A stretch of DNA of 34,705 nucleotides. Source: a virus (lineage: Duplodnaviria > Caudoviricetes). Where the stretch lies: IMG/VR virus record IMGVR_UViG_3300016265_000662, positions 1 through 34,705 of that record; one strand, written 5' to 3'. The translations under genes and the position numbers were made by a program. Below the pieces are notes generated by a model. The model was not told where the DNA came from. It ran no database searches and saw nothing but the letters and a program-made list of their open reading frames with translations. Shown here piece after piece: positions 7,914 through 15,659 of the stretch (positions are counted from its first letter, which is position 1; each line of letters starts with the position of its first letter).

Positions 7914-9524
7914 TCAAATCATCGCTGCCGCGCTGGCCATCTGCGCGGCGTTGTCCGGTTGTCCCATGGCCTGCATGGTCGCGGCCTGCTGTGCGGCTGC
8001 GGCCTGCGCCTGTGCGGCCTGTCGCGCGGCGTCGCGCTGTGCGACATCCACAAGCAGGCGTTGCGGGACGCCCAGCGCTTCGCCCTTGGCGCGCGCGGCC
8101 TTGTCCCAGTCGTAGTTGTCGAGCACCTCGGGCTTGACCGCGGCGATTGCCGCGAGGCTCTGCTCGTACCTGTCCATTGCCGACACCTCGACCATGCGCT
8201 GCGCACGGGCGAGCGGGCTGATGTACTTGAGCCGCCAGGTGCGACCGCGCAGCGACTCCGGCGGCGGGGCCAGTGCGCCGGCCCGGTAGGCGAGGCCGAA
8301 GCATCGCGCCACCAGCGGCTGCAGAAATTCGGACATCATCCGGCCGTAGAGCGGGCCGAGCAGCTGGCGGACCAGCTCGACACGGACGTGCACCTCGGTG
8401 GCCGTCATTGCCGGGCCATCCTGCGGGGTGAGCTGGTCGGCCATCAGCGAGCGGCGGATGGCGCGCTGCAGGCGTTCGATCTCCATCAGCGAGGCGCTGA
8501 GGTCGCCGCTCGACTTCAGCTCCTTCATCGAGTTGACGTCGTTTGCGACGATGATCTTGCGCGGCCCTATCTTGACCGTGCGCGGATTCAGCACGCCGTC
8601 GTCGGCGGCGATCCACATCCCGGCCACCGCGATGTCCATGCCCATCATCTGGAGCCGCACCAGCTCGTTGAGCGTGCGCAGATCGGGCAGCGCCTCGAAC
8701 ACCGGGCCGATGGCGTAGGCCGAATCGGGCAGCACCTGCCAGCGCGGCACGACGGCCGGCAGCTCGTGATAGCCCGACTCGCGCACAAGCCTCTTCGTCT
8801 GCAGCTCGACGTGGCACGAGGCATAGGGCAGGCCCTTCGCGAACGGCGGGGCCTGCAGCTCGAGCGGGCGCGGATACAGGCACCACGCGAACATGAGCGG
8901 GTCGTCGGGCTTGGCCTTGGCCTTGTTCTGCGCCTGCTCGGAGAGCGCATCGCCGTACTCGCGCAGCGCCTGCTCGCCGGTCATCGCCAGCTCTCGATGC
9001 ACGATGTCGACCGGGCCGCCCGGCTGCGAGCTGGCGAAGTAACACTGGGCCAGCGGCCAGTGCGTGAACCGCAGGCCGCCGTCCGGCGACTCGTCCACGA
9101 ACAGCGGCCCCATGCCGGCGCATACCTGGTCGAGCATGGCCTCGTAGACGACGGCGTCGAAGTTCGAGGCGTGGATGTTGCGCCAGATCGTCTGCGCGCT
9201 GTCCTCCAGCCACTCCTTGCCCTGGTCGTCGGCGTCGTCGATCTCCAGCTCGAACCAGCGGCTATTGCTGGGCACCAGCGCCGACACCAGCGCGGAGGCC
9301 AGAATGCGCGCGGAATCCGTGCCGGTGGCATCCATCAGCTCGGCCTGCTTGGTCGCCGCATTGCCGAGGCTTGCGTTATGCGTGCCGGCACCGCCGCCGA
9401 GGTAGAGCTGCGAGCCGCGGGCCGGGTAGGTGTGGTCGAAGCAGCTGCGCCAGATCTCCTCGACGTGCGACTGCCGCGCAGATTTAAGCGCCTGATGCCG
9501 CTTGATGAGGCTGGCCGAATCCAT
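7914..9524 (-). CDS. Portal (head-to-tail connector)
   Basis: 536 aa; MTATEVHVR...LLGPLYGR, YISPLARAQ and VPRW motifs of T7 gp8-like portals. Confidence 0.93.
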   Translation of the reverse strand: MDSASLIKRHQALKSARQSHVEEIWRSCFDHTYPARGSQLYLGGGAGTHNASLGNAATKQAELMDATGTDSARILASALVSALVPSNSRWFELEIDDADDQGKEWLEDSAQTIWRNIHASNFDAVVYEAMLDQVCAGMGPLFVDESPDGGLRFTHWPLAQCYFASSQPGGPVDIVHRELAMTGEQALREYGDALSEQAQNKAKAKPDDPLMFAWCLYPRPLELQAPPFAKGLPYASCHVELQTKRLVRESGYHELPAVVPRWQVLPDSAYAIGPVFEALPDLRTLNELVRLQMMGMDIAVAGMWIAADDGVLNPRTVKIGPRKIIVANDVNSMKELKSSGDLSASLMEIERLQRAIRRSLMADQLTPQDGPAMTATEVHVRVELVRQLLGPLYGRMMSEFLQPLVARCFGLAYRAGALAPPPESLRGRTWRLKYISPLARAQRMVEVSAMDRYEQSLAAIAAVKPEVLDNYDWDKAARAKGEALGVPQRLLVDVAQRDAARQAAQAQAAAAQQAATMQAMGQPDNAAQMASAAAMI

Positions 9525-9775
9525 CAGGCCATCGGCTGCGCGGACGCCTGCGCGAGCAGGCTGCGATTGCTGGTGACGCCCTGCCCGCCCGTGACCAGCA
9601 GCGACTGCTGCCGGCGCTTGCGCTGGGTGGCGGCGAGCATCTGCCCGGCGGCGTCACGCGCCTCGGCGGCGATGCGCTCCTGGTCGGCCTTGGGGTCGGT
9701 CAGCACGATAGGCGCGACTGTGGCCACGGGCTGCGCGGCAACCTTCGGCGCCTTCGGCTTCTTGGGCATGCACAT
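9524..9775 (-). CDS. Small basic virion protein (T7 gp7.3-like position)
   Basis: MCMPKKPKAPK...RKRRQQSLL, 83 aa; stop overlaps the portal ATG. Confidence 0.7.
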   Translation of the reverse strand: MCMPKKPKAPKVAAQPVATVAPIVLTDPKADQERIAAEARDAAGQMLAATQRKRRQQSLLVTGGQGVTSNRSLLAQASAQPMA

Positions 9776-9780
9776 CGTCG

Positions 9781-10143
9781 TCAGTTGATCGGCACCGCGA
9801 CGCCAACCAGCCAGCCGTCCCGCGTGAGCAGCCGACCCACGACGTAGCGCTGCTCCGGCGCACCACTGGCGCACGGCTCCATCACGTCGTCGAGCGGCGT
9901 GCCGTCTGGGTGGTTGACCTGGCCGAACATCGCCGCGACCCGTGCGCCCGGCATGTACGCGATCTGCTCGCGCGTCAGCGCCCAGGCGTCGACGGGCTCC
10001 GGCGCCTGCTCCGGCTCGGGATGCGGCACCAGCTCCGGCTCGGGCTCGGCGTCGTAGTCGTCGTCCGCGTCGAGGATGCCGGGCTCGTGCTCGGCGGGCA
10101 GGTCGTCGCCGGGGATCTGGATGTTTCGGGGGGCCTTAGCCAT
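9781..10143 (-). CDS. Hypothetical protein, first gene of the structural operon
   Basis: GGAG RBS; MAKAPRNIQIPG...LLTRDGWLV. Confidence 0.7.
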   Translation of the reverse strand: MAKAPRNIQIPGDDLPAEHEPGILDADDDYDAEPEPELVPHPEPEQAPEPVDAWALTREQIAYMPGARVAAMFGQVNHPDGTPLDDVMEPCASGAPEQRYVVGRLLTRDGWLVGVAVPIN

Positions 10144-10381
10144 GGCGGTCTCCGTCAGGTTTGGGGATTGATACCGCGCCTGCTCGCGTGGATTCCAATA
10201 GGGCCAGCAGTCGCACGGCGCGGGTGTAGCGCATGTCGAGCGGGCAATAGCCCTGCATCCAGTAGTCGACGGTGCCGAGCGGAACGCCGATGGATTGGGC
10301 GATGGCGCGGGTCGAGAGGCCCAGCGCTCGCAGCTCCTGCAGCACGGCCAGCCAGTCGATGAGCGTGTCGCCGGGCGGCAT
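10136..10381 (-). CDS. HTH protein, candidate late transcription activator
   Basis: IDWLAVLQELRALGLSTRAIAQSIGVPLGTVDYWMQG HTH; last early gene before the structural operon; contains the repeated box. Confidence 0.65.
   Translation of the reverse strand: MPPGDTLIDWLAVLQELRALGLSTRAIAQSIGVPLGTVDYWMQGYCPLDMRYTRAVRLLALLESTRAGAVSIPKPDGDRHG
10168..10202 (-). promoter_or_regulatory. Putative late promoter, copy 2 (head of the structural operon)
   Basis: CCTATTGGAATCCACGCG-N11-TATCAA. Confidence 0.6.
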
Positions 10382-10383
10382 GG

Positions 10384-10824
10384 TCAGACGATGTCGAGCC
10401 CTGCGCTGCGGGCGCGAGGCATGGGCAGCGCGGCGAGCACGTCGTCGACGGAGCGGGCCACGATGGCGACGCCACCGGCCGTCCTGACGCGCTCGAGGAA
10501 TTTCGCCTGCTGCTCGGTCAGCTCGCCGCGCGCGGCCTTCACCTCGACGTACAGCGCCCGGCCGTCGCGGAGCATGCCGGCGATGTCGGGGTGCCCCGTG
10601 GGCGCGGTGCGCAGCGGGCGGCGGCCGGTGCGGCTCTTGGCGTCGTCGACATCGAGCACGCGGGTGTTGATGCGATGGGCCATGGCCACACTCGGGTGCA
10701 GCTGGAGCAGGCGCAGGACATCGCGCTGGATGTCGGTCTCGCGGCGCGTGTCCTCGCGCACGACGCGGGCCTTGGGCTTCCCGCCCTCGAACGCCAGGGC
10801 GTACTGCGCGCGGCGCCTGGTCAT
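10384..10824 (-). CDS. VRR-NUC domain nuclease (Holliday-junction resolvase-like)
   Basis: ETDIQ...GHPDI...YVEVK...LTEQQ PD-(D/E)xK motifs; ATGA-coupled start. Confidence 0.88.
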   Translation of the reverse strand: MTRRRAQYALAFEGGKPKARVVREDTRRETDIQRDVLRLLQLHPSVAMAHRINTRVLDVDDAKSRTGRRPLRTAPTGHPDIAGMLRDGRALYVEVKAARGELTEQQAKFLERVRTAGGVAIVARSVDDVLAALPMPRARSAGLDIV

Positions 10825-11042
10825 GGGCGCACGCTGTCCGCGATGAACGCCTCGACCGCCTCGCGGCCGCACTCGGCCGCGGCCTCGCGATACCAGCTCT
10901 GGCGATATTGGCGCTGCAGGCTGCGCACGTAGCGGCCGAGGCAGGCCCGGCAGCCGAAGTCGTACCACGGCGAGCGCGGGCCACGGGCGCAGCAGGCGCA
11001 GTCTGGGGCCGGCTCGGCGGGGATGCGCACGCGGCGGCTCAC
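10821..11042 (-). CDS. Small Cys-rich hypothetical protein
   Basis: CACC...CRAC; overlap-coupled at both ends. Confidence 0.6.
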   Translation of the reverse strand: MSRRVRIPAEPAPDCACCARGPRSPWYDFGCRACLGRYVRSLQRQYRQSWYREAAAECGREAVEAFIADSVRP

Positions 11043-11344
11043 GCCGGCACTTCGACGTCGCGCCCAAGGCGGCGCAGGATGCGGCGCGCGGTGATGTGAT
11101 GGATGCCGAGGATGCGCGCGACCTTGGCCGGGCTGATGCCGGCGTCAAACATCTCCAGCAACCTCGCCGCGTCGGTCGGGCTGTAACGCCCGTGCGGGCC
11201 AAGGTGTTGCCCTCTGCACCAGTTGCGCAGTGAGTGCAGCCCCACGCCGTGCTCGCGCGCAAACTCGACTTGCGACTGGCCGGAGGCGCGCCACGCAGCG
11301 ACGAGCGCAAGCTTGTCGTCGGGCGAGTAGCGGCGCGCGCTCAT
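11039..11344 (-). CDS. Double-HTH DNA-binding protein (IS66 TnpA-like N-terminal HTH)
   Basis: KLALVAAWRASGQSQVEFAREHGVGLHSLRNW plus GISPAKVARILGI; ATGA-coupled start. Confidence 0.7.
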   Translation of the reverse strand: MSARRYSPDDKLALVAAWRASGQSQVEFAREHGVGLHSLRNWCRGQHLGPHGRYSPTDAARLLEMFDAGISPAKVARILGIHHITARRILRRLGRDVEVPA

Positions 11345-11541
11345 GCCTCGCCCTCCTCGACCAGCTCGACGCGCGGCAGGTGCTCGCCGCACCAGTCGGT
11401 CGACTGGCTCAACGGCCAGCGGGCATACGAGGCGAGCGCGGTCGGGACGCACGGCGGCGCGTGGCGGCGGCACTCGCCGCGGAGCACAGACTCGGCCTCG
11501 CGCCAGTAGCGGCAGGTGGCGCAAACGTGCGCGCGCGTCAC
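11341..11541 (-). CDS. Small Cys-rich (metal-binding) phage protein
   Basis: CATCRYW...GECRRHAP...WP...DWCGEH; GTGA-coupled start. Confidence 0.75.
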   Translation of the reverse strand: MTRAHVCATCRYWREAESVLRGECRRHAPPCVPTALASYARWPLSQSTDWCGEHLPRVELVEEGEA

Positions 11542-11948
11542 GCCGCCCCCTTGAGCGCGCCCCGCAGCCGGGTCAACTCGGCGCGGGCTCGCTCCGGCGA
11601 GGACACAGGAGCCGGCAGCATAGGCACGGCACGGTAGGCCGCGGCATTCTCGCGCGCCGGTGGCCGGCACCATGCGAGGAACTCGGGCAGGCTGGGGGGC
11701 CATGGGTCGCCGTTCGCGAGGCAGGCCATCAGTCCGCGCTTCACCCGGTCACCCGACAATGCGGAAAGCGCCGTCGACCACAACACCGTCGGCGTCTCGC
11801 CGTGGGCGCTGGTCCAGCGGTGGCCGTAGATCTCCGTCATCCGCAGCCAGAGCGTCGCCGCTGCCTTCGAGGGCTTCGCGGTTGGCTTCTCGCACTCGGT
11901 CGACGGCGGACTTCCTGCCGCCATTGCCGCTGCCGTTGCCACCGCCAT
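11538..11948 (-). CDS. Replication protein P-like helicase loader (start uncertain; overlaps the initiator 3' end)
   Basis: LWLRMTEIYGHRWTSAHG...WPPSLPEFLAWC; directly after the initiator. Confidence 0.65.
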   Translation of the reverse strand: MAVATAAAMAAGSPPSTECEKPTAKPSKAAATLWLRMTEIYGHRWTSAHGETPTVLWSTALSALSGDRVKRGLMACLANGDPWPPSLPEFLAWCRPPARENAAAYRAVPMLPAPVSSPERARAELTRLRGALKGAA

Positions 11949-12612
11949 TTCGCCTGCCTTCCGCATACTCCACCGCCTTTCGAATCCAGTTCCGCCACGC
12001 CGCCTCCCAGTCGCAGGATCGGCCTCCGGCGCCGGACTTCGAGGCCCAGTAATCGCGGAATTTCGCCAGCTCCAGCGTGGCCCTGGCGGGGTCTAGGGCA
12101 TGGCAGGCGAAGGCCCAGCCCGCCTCGGATGGGGTCCAATCCCGGGGAAGTCGCGACCCTCTCGCCGCAAGAGGGGGAGCTCCCGACCGAAGGGAGGGAG
12201 AGGGGGAGTTATAGTCTGGTGTCTGGTTAGGGTTTCGGTTCGGTTTCGATTCGATAACCGATTCGGTTTCCGTTTCGGTTTGTTGTTCGGTTCGTTTTGG
12301 CCTGCCTCCCCGCTTCCCGATTTCCCGGTTAACGGTTCGCTGGTGGTCAGCCTTTCGGATCTCGACGTCGGCGCGCTCGTTGATCAGGCCAGCGTCTGTC
12401 TCAGCCCAGAACCGGCGGCTGACTGCATCGACTGCATCGCGCTCCTGACGCGTCTCGGCGCGCAGCAGGCGATACAGCTCGCGCCCGATGGGGAGCGGTT
12501 TCTCGGTGGCGTAGTAGTGCTGCAGCATCAGCAGGTAGGCGCCGTGCTCGGCCAGCGAAAGCGCGGCGGTGTCGCGCTGGTAGTCGCCGATGTAGAGCTT
12601 GAAGAAATTCAC
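11749..12612 (-). CDS. Replication initiator, DUF1376/YdaU family, with C-terminal DnaT-like domain
   Basis: GTG start, NFFKLYIGDYQRDTAALSLAEHGAYLLML; FRDYW...DWEAAWRNW; internal iterons. Confidence 0.85.
   Translation of the reverse strand: MNFFKLYIGDYQRDTAALSLAEHGAYLLMLQHYYATEKPLPIGRELYRLLRAETRQERDAVDAVSRRFWAETDAGLINERADVEIRKADHQRTVNREIGKRGGRPKRTEQQTETETESVIESKPNRNPNQTPDYNSPSPSLRSGAPPLAARGSRLPRDWTPSEAGWAFACHALDPARATLELAKFRDYWASKSGAGGRSCDWEAAWRNWIRKAVEYAEGRRNGGGNGSGNGGRKSAVDRVREANREALEGSGDALAADDGDLRPPLDQRPRRDADGVVVDGAFRIVG
12225..12300. repeat. Iteron cluster, probable replication origin
   Basis: TTCGGTT at 12234, 12239, 12262, 12274 and 12286 plus degenerate copies in a T-rich patch inside the initiator gene. 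Confidence 0.7.
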
Positions 12613-12920
12613 TCGTCGTCCTCCGCCAGCTCGGTGGCGTGCCGCAGGTGACACAGGCGCGCGCGGGCCAGCGCAAACAGCGCCTCTACCTCGTCCTCGC
12701 GGTAGCAGCGCAGGTGTGCGGGCACGACCTTGAGGTCGAGCACCTCGAGCATGGTGGCCATCTGGTCGATACGGCCTTCGCTGACCCAGCGGCTGACCGT
12801 CGCCACGTCCACGCCGCACGTGCGCGCTACTGGCGCCTGGCCCTGCTCTGCAAGCTTGCGGCGGATGAGCGCGGCGAACTTGCGGGCCCTTGCGCCGATG
12901 TCGGTGGATGCTGTGTTCAC
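12609..12920 (-). CDS. cII: CII-like transcription activator
   Basis: GQAPVARTCGVDVATVSRW...MLEVLDLKVVP resembles lambda CII; between cro and the initiator; TTGC-N6-TTGC box in its 5' end. Confidence 0.8.
   Translation of the reverse strand: MNTASTDIGARARKFAALIRRKLAEQGQAPVARTCGVDVATVSRWVSEGRIDQMATMLEVLDLKVVPAHLRCYREDEVEALFALARARLCHLRHATELAEDDE
12880..12912 (+). promoter_or_regulatory. PRE-like CII-dependent promoter
   Basis: TTGC-GGGCCC-TTGC (12880-12893), 13 nt, then GATGCT; same location, orientation and spacing as lambda PRE. Confidence 0.7.
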
Positions 12921-13114
12921 AAGGCAGACCAAACCCCAAACCAGCACAGGAGGCCGACCGGGATGGACAGCCCCACGGAAATAAAAAAGCCGGCGCACTC
13001 AGGCTCACCGGCAACGTCGACAGGCATCGACGGGGAGGAGCAACGAGGGAGATCGTCGTCGTCCAGCTCGACCGGCTCCGGGAGGTCGAGGACGGCAAAG
13101 CGGGGGTCGGTCAT
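12917..13114 (-). CDS. Small ORF with hydrophobic C-terminus, coupled to cII
   Basis: 65 aa; its TGA overlaps the cII GTG; it runs through a terminator. Confidence 0.45.
   Translation of the reverse strand: MTDPRFAVLDLPEPVELDDDDLPRCSSPSMPVDVAGEPECAGFFISVGLSIPVGLLCWFGVWSAL
12979..13012 (-). terminator. Intrinsic terminator between cro and cII (tR1-like)
   Basis: GCCGGTG...CGCCGGC followed by TTTTTTATTT on - strand. Confidence 0.75.
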
Positions 13115-13200
13115 GGCACGACCCCGCGCAGGCAAAGGGACGGAGCCCGCCCTGCTACGATTGAGGCTTCCACACGCTCAGCCTTCACAGGGGGACTCCG

Positions 13201-13425
13201 ATGATCGATGTATTCCACACAGGGCCGGGACCGTTTGTATCGCCCCGGCTGGAACGATTCGTGTCACTAGAGATGAGCACGTCGGACACGTGCATGGCGC
13301 GATTTCGATTCGAGGATGGCGCAGAGCTTCTGCTACCCATTCACTACCCGGCCGCCTTGCAGTTCGAACAAACGCTTCGGATATGGCTCGCCAGAAACGC
13401 GCCAGCAGACGGAGCAGCGCAATAG
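13201..13425 (+). CDS. Hypothetical 74-aa gene antisense to the cro operon
   Basis: GGGGGA RBS; globular-looking sequence; lower GC; lies downstream of PRE. Confidence 0.55.
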   Translation: MIDVFHTGPGPFVSPRLERFVSLEMSTSDTCMARFRFEDGAELLLPIHYPAALQFEQTLRIWLARNAPADGAAQ

Positions 13426-13431
13426 CGGGGG

Positions 13432-13653
13432 TCATGCGGCGGCCTCGCGCTGGGGCGGGTCTCCGAAGATGTCCGGGCGCAGGTCGTATCTGGTCACTGC
13501 GCCGTTGGTCGCGCGCTCGATGTCGCAGGCACGCTCGGCTGTTATGCGAGAGCGGCCAGAGACCCATTTCGATACTGCCATGGGCGAAACGCTCAGCGCT
13601 GCCGCCAGCGCGGCCTGCGAGCCAAAGTGGGAGACAGCGGTTTGAATGCTCAT
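13432..13653 (-). CDS. cro: Cro-like repressor (YdaS family)
   Basis: FGSQAALAAALSVSPMAVSKW...IERATNGAVTRYDLRPDIFG. Confidence 0.9.
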   Translation of the reverse strand: MSIQTAVSHFGSQAALAAALSVSPMAVSKWVSGRSRITAERACDIERATNGAVTRYDLRPDIFGDPPQREAAA

Positions 13654-13659
13654 GCCATA

Positions 13660-13690
13660 AGTAAACCTATGGTTGAATCTAAAGTCAACC
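13660..13690 (-). promoter_or_regulatory. PR promoter and OR operator
   Basis: TTGACT (13688-13683), 17 nt, TTTACT (13665-13660); operator TAAACC-TAT-GGTTGA at 13662-13676. Confidence 0.75.
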
Positions 13691-13719
13691 ATGGCGACAT
13701 TCCGTCATTTGGTTTGGTC

Positions 13720-14400
13720 ATGGACGATCAGCCCATGTCAGAACTCTCCCCTCAGATGGCCGCATTGCAGGCCGCAATGAAGGCTAACGGCGTCACGAAG
13801 GCCGACATCGCGCGAGCATGCGGGATTTCAGATCAAGCCGTCGGCAAGTGGTTCAAGACCGGCAAGGTCGCAACTAAAAATCTGGCCGTTGCCGCGCGCT
13901 TGTGCGGCATCACGCTCGACCAGTTGGTGCGCGCGGATGTCGGCGGCCAGTCTCCCCGAACAGAGGTCACCGCCGAATCAGTCCATGTGCCGTTACTCGA
14001 CGTGTCCGCTTCCATGGGAGTCGGCCGTTTGATGCCGGACTACGAAACCGTTGTAGATGGGATTCGCTTGTCGAAAACCTGGTGTTCACGCCATCTCTCG
14101 GTGAGCCACGTCGCAAACCTCGCGACTATTACGGCTTATGGGGATTCCATGCGTCCGACGTTCGAGGATGGCGACCTGTTGCTGGTAGATAGAGGGGTTA
14201 CGGAGTTGCGCATTGACGCGGTGTACGTGCTTGCGTACCGGGACGAGTTGTACATCAAACGTGTGCAGCGTCGGCTGGATGGCTCGGTAATGGTGCGATC
14301 GGACAACCCCCTGTATGAGCCCATCGTGATCGATCCCGGCAAAAACCATCTTTCCGTACTAGGCCGCGTTGTCTGGGCGTGGCGAGGCACAAAGCTGTGA
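13720..14400 (+). CDS. cI: CI-like repressor, HTH plus S24 autopeptidase (start 13720 or 13735)
   Basis: KADIARACGISDQAVGKW HTH; GDSMRP Ser and YIKR Lys catalytic motifs; divergent from cro. Confidence 0.92.
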   Translation: MDDQPMSELSPQMAALQAAMKANGVTKADIARACGISDQAVGKWFKTGKVATKNLAVAARLCGITLDQLVRADVGGQSPRTEVTAESVHVPLLDVSASMGVGRLMPDYETVVDGIRLSKTWCSRHLSVSHVANLATITAYGDSMRPTFEDGDLLLVDRGVTELRIDAVYVLAYRDELYIKRVQRRLDGSVMVRSDNPLYEPIVIDPGKNHLSVLGRVVWAWRGTKL

Positions 14401-14741
14401 CCGTTGAGTTCTTTCCAGAGGACAGCGAACGAATCGAGCGGGACGCTATGCGTCACCCGCTTACTGCTGAAACGTTCCGGCAATATCACAGCGCGCCTGT
14501 GGCCGCGGCGCGAGGTGTGGCCGGACTGCGCAACTGGTGGGATGGGCAAGTCGTGGCTGGGTTCTGCCACGTTCCAGCCATGTGCCGACATCACCAGCCG
14601 ACCTGGGCCGGCTGGCTCGTATTGATGCTGGCGGCCTACGTGTGTGCGTCATTCGCCACGCGAAAATTACGCGCGCGTCGCGACGAGGCTCACCGCCGAA
14701 AAGTTGCAGCCGAGTTGAGTCACAATTCATTCAAGCGCTGA
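14397..14741 (+). CDS. Hypothetical protein with a possible single TM segment, downstream of cI
   Basis: GTGA overlap with the cI stop; WAGWLVLMLAAYVCASFA followed by a basic tail. Confidence 0.35.
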   Translation: MTVEFFPEDSERIERDAMRHPLTAETFRQYHSAPVAAARGVAGLRNWWDGQVVAGFCHVPAMCRHHQPTWAGWLVLMLAAYVCASFATRKLRARRDEAHRRKVAAELSHNSFKR

Positions 14742-14770
14742 CGGCGATCCGAAGAGTGGAGAAAAAAATC

Positions 14771-15145
14771 ATGCGACACCAATCCGCCATCGAATGGGGT
14801 CTGAGCGACTTGACGGTGGTCATTTCGCGGGACGGCGAGCAGTGGTTTGCCCAAGGCGTACAGATTGACTACGCCACCTCGGGCACGTCGATGGAGGACG
14901 TCCAAGAGCGTTTCGTCCGCGGCTTGGCCAAGAGCATCACCATGAACCTGCTCGAATTTGGGACGCTGGACAATTTCCTGAGGTATACGCCGCAAAAAGA
15001 GATCGACGCGCTCCAGCGCGACGGCCATACGATGCAGGTGGATATCCAGTGCGTTGGGGAGCGGCGCGTAGAGGAATTGGCCAGTGGGGCACTGCCGTTC
15101 TCCGGCAAGGTCCGTTTCCTGGGTCCGCAGCCTATAGCTGCGTGA
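14771..15145 (+). CDS. HicB-like (antitoxin-fold) protein
   Basis: LTVVISRDGEQWFAQGVQIDYATSGTSMEDVQERF matches the HicB N-terminal beta-beta-beta-alpha pattern. Confidence 0.6.
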   Translation: MRHQSAIEWGLSDLTVVISRDGEQWFAQGVQIDYATSGTSMEDVQERFVRGLAKSITMNLLEFGTLDNFLRYTPQKEIDALQRDGHTMQVDIQCVGERRVEELASGALPFSGKVRFLGPQPIAA

Positions 15146-15203
15146 AGCTGCCGGACCCGAACAACCCGCTGGAAGGTCAAGCGCTGACAGCAAGCCGAAG
15201 CAC

Positions 15204-15268
15204 GATACCGCCGGTTTAGTTTAGAAGTAAACTTTTGGTTGACTGTTACTAATCCATTAGTTTAGAGT
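15204..15268 (+). promoter_or_regulatory. PL promoter with three OL operators
   Basis: TTGACT 15239-15244, TAGAGT 15263-15268; 15-mers GATACCGCCGGTTTA (15204), TAAACTTTTGGTTGA (15228) and TAATCCATTAGTTTA (15250) resemble the OR site. Confidence 0.75.
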
Positions 15269-15309
15269 CCTCCCCACAGCCGCCCCAATGCGGCACAGAG
15301 GAGGACGAG

Positions 15310-15486
15310 ATGCACGACTACGAAACCGCCCGCCGCCGCCAGTGGCTGGGCATCAGCAACGACCTCGACGCCAAGCGTGCCGCGGCTATCGCGTACCTCG
15401 GGACGCGCTGGCTGCTGCACCCGGTCAACGCCCCGAAGAAGGGCCGCCACTACTACGGCCAGCTGCGCCGGGAGGTGGCCCGATGA
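15310..15486 (+). CDS. Hypothetical 58-aa protein, first PL gene
   Basis: GGAGGA RBS; MHDYETARRRQWLG...AIAYLGTRWLLHP; not in the ORF track (short). Confidence 0.7.
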   Translation: MHDYETARRRQWLGISNDLDAKRAAAIAYLGTRWLLHPVNAPKKGRHYYGQLRREVAR

Positions 15487-15659
15487 GCTACGCCGTCCAC
15501 TACCGCACCTATATCGCCGGCCTGACGCTGCTGCGCCGGACCACGTTCGCGCATGAGATAGACCAGGCTTATCGCCTGATGCGGGAGCTGCGCGAGCTGC
15601 ACGCGCAGTACGGGCACACGGCCGACGTCTGGATGGTGCCAGTCGGGGGTGAGGCATGA
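15483..15659 (+). CDS. Hypothetical 58-aa protein
   Basis: ATGA overlaps at both ends; GGAGG RBS. Confidence 0.65.
   Translation: MSYAVHYRTYIAGLTLLRRTTFAHEIDQAYRLMRELRELHAQYGHTADVWMVPVGGEA

Noticed and set aside
3082-9788. Long + strand ORFs (e.g. 3082..4830, 7959..9788) and other antisense or alternate-frame ORFs genome-wide
   Set aside because: Shadow ORFs caused by high GC3 opposite well-supported genes; no recognisable motifs.
11039-11344. IS66/IS3 insertion sequence
   Set aside because: Only an HTH is present. There is no DDE transposase or terminal inverted repeat, and the gene is translationally coupled within the operon.
12225-12300. CRISPR-like array
   Set aside because: The repeats are 7-mers without spacer structure; no CRISPR array or cas gene was seen anywhere in the window.
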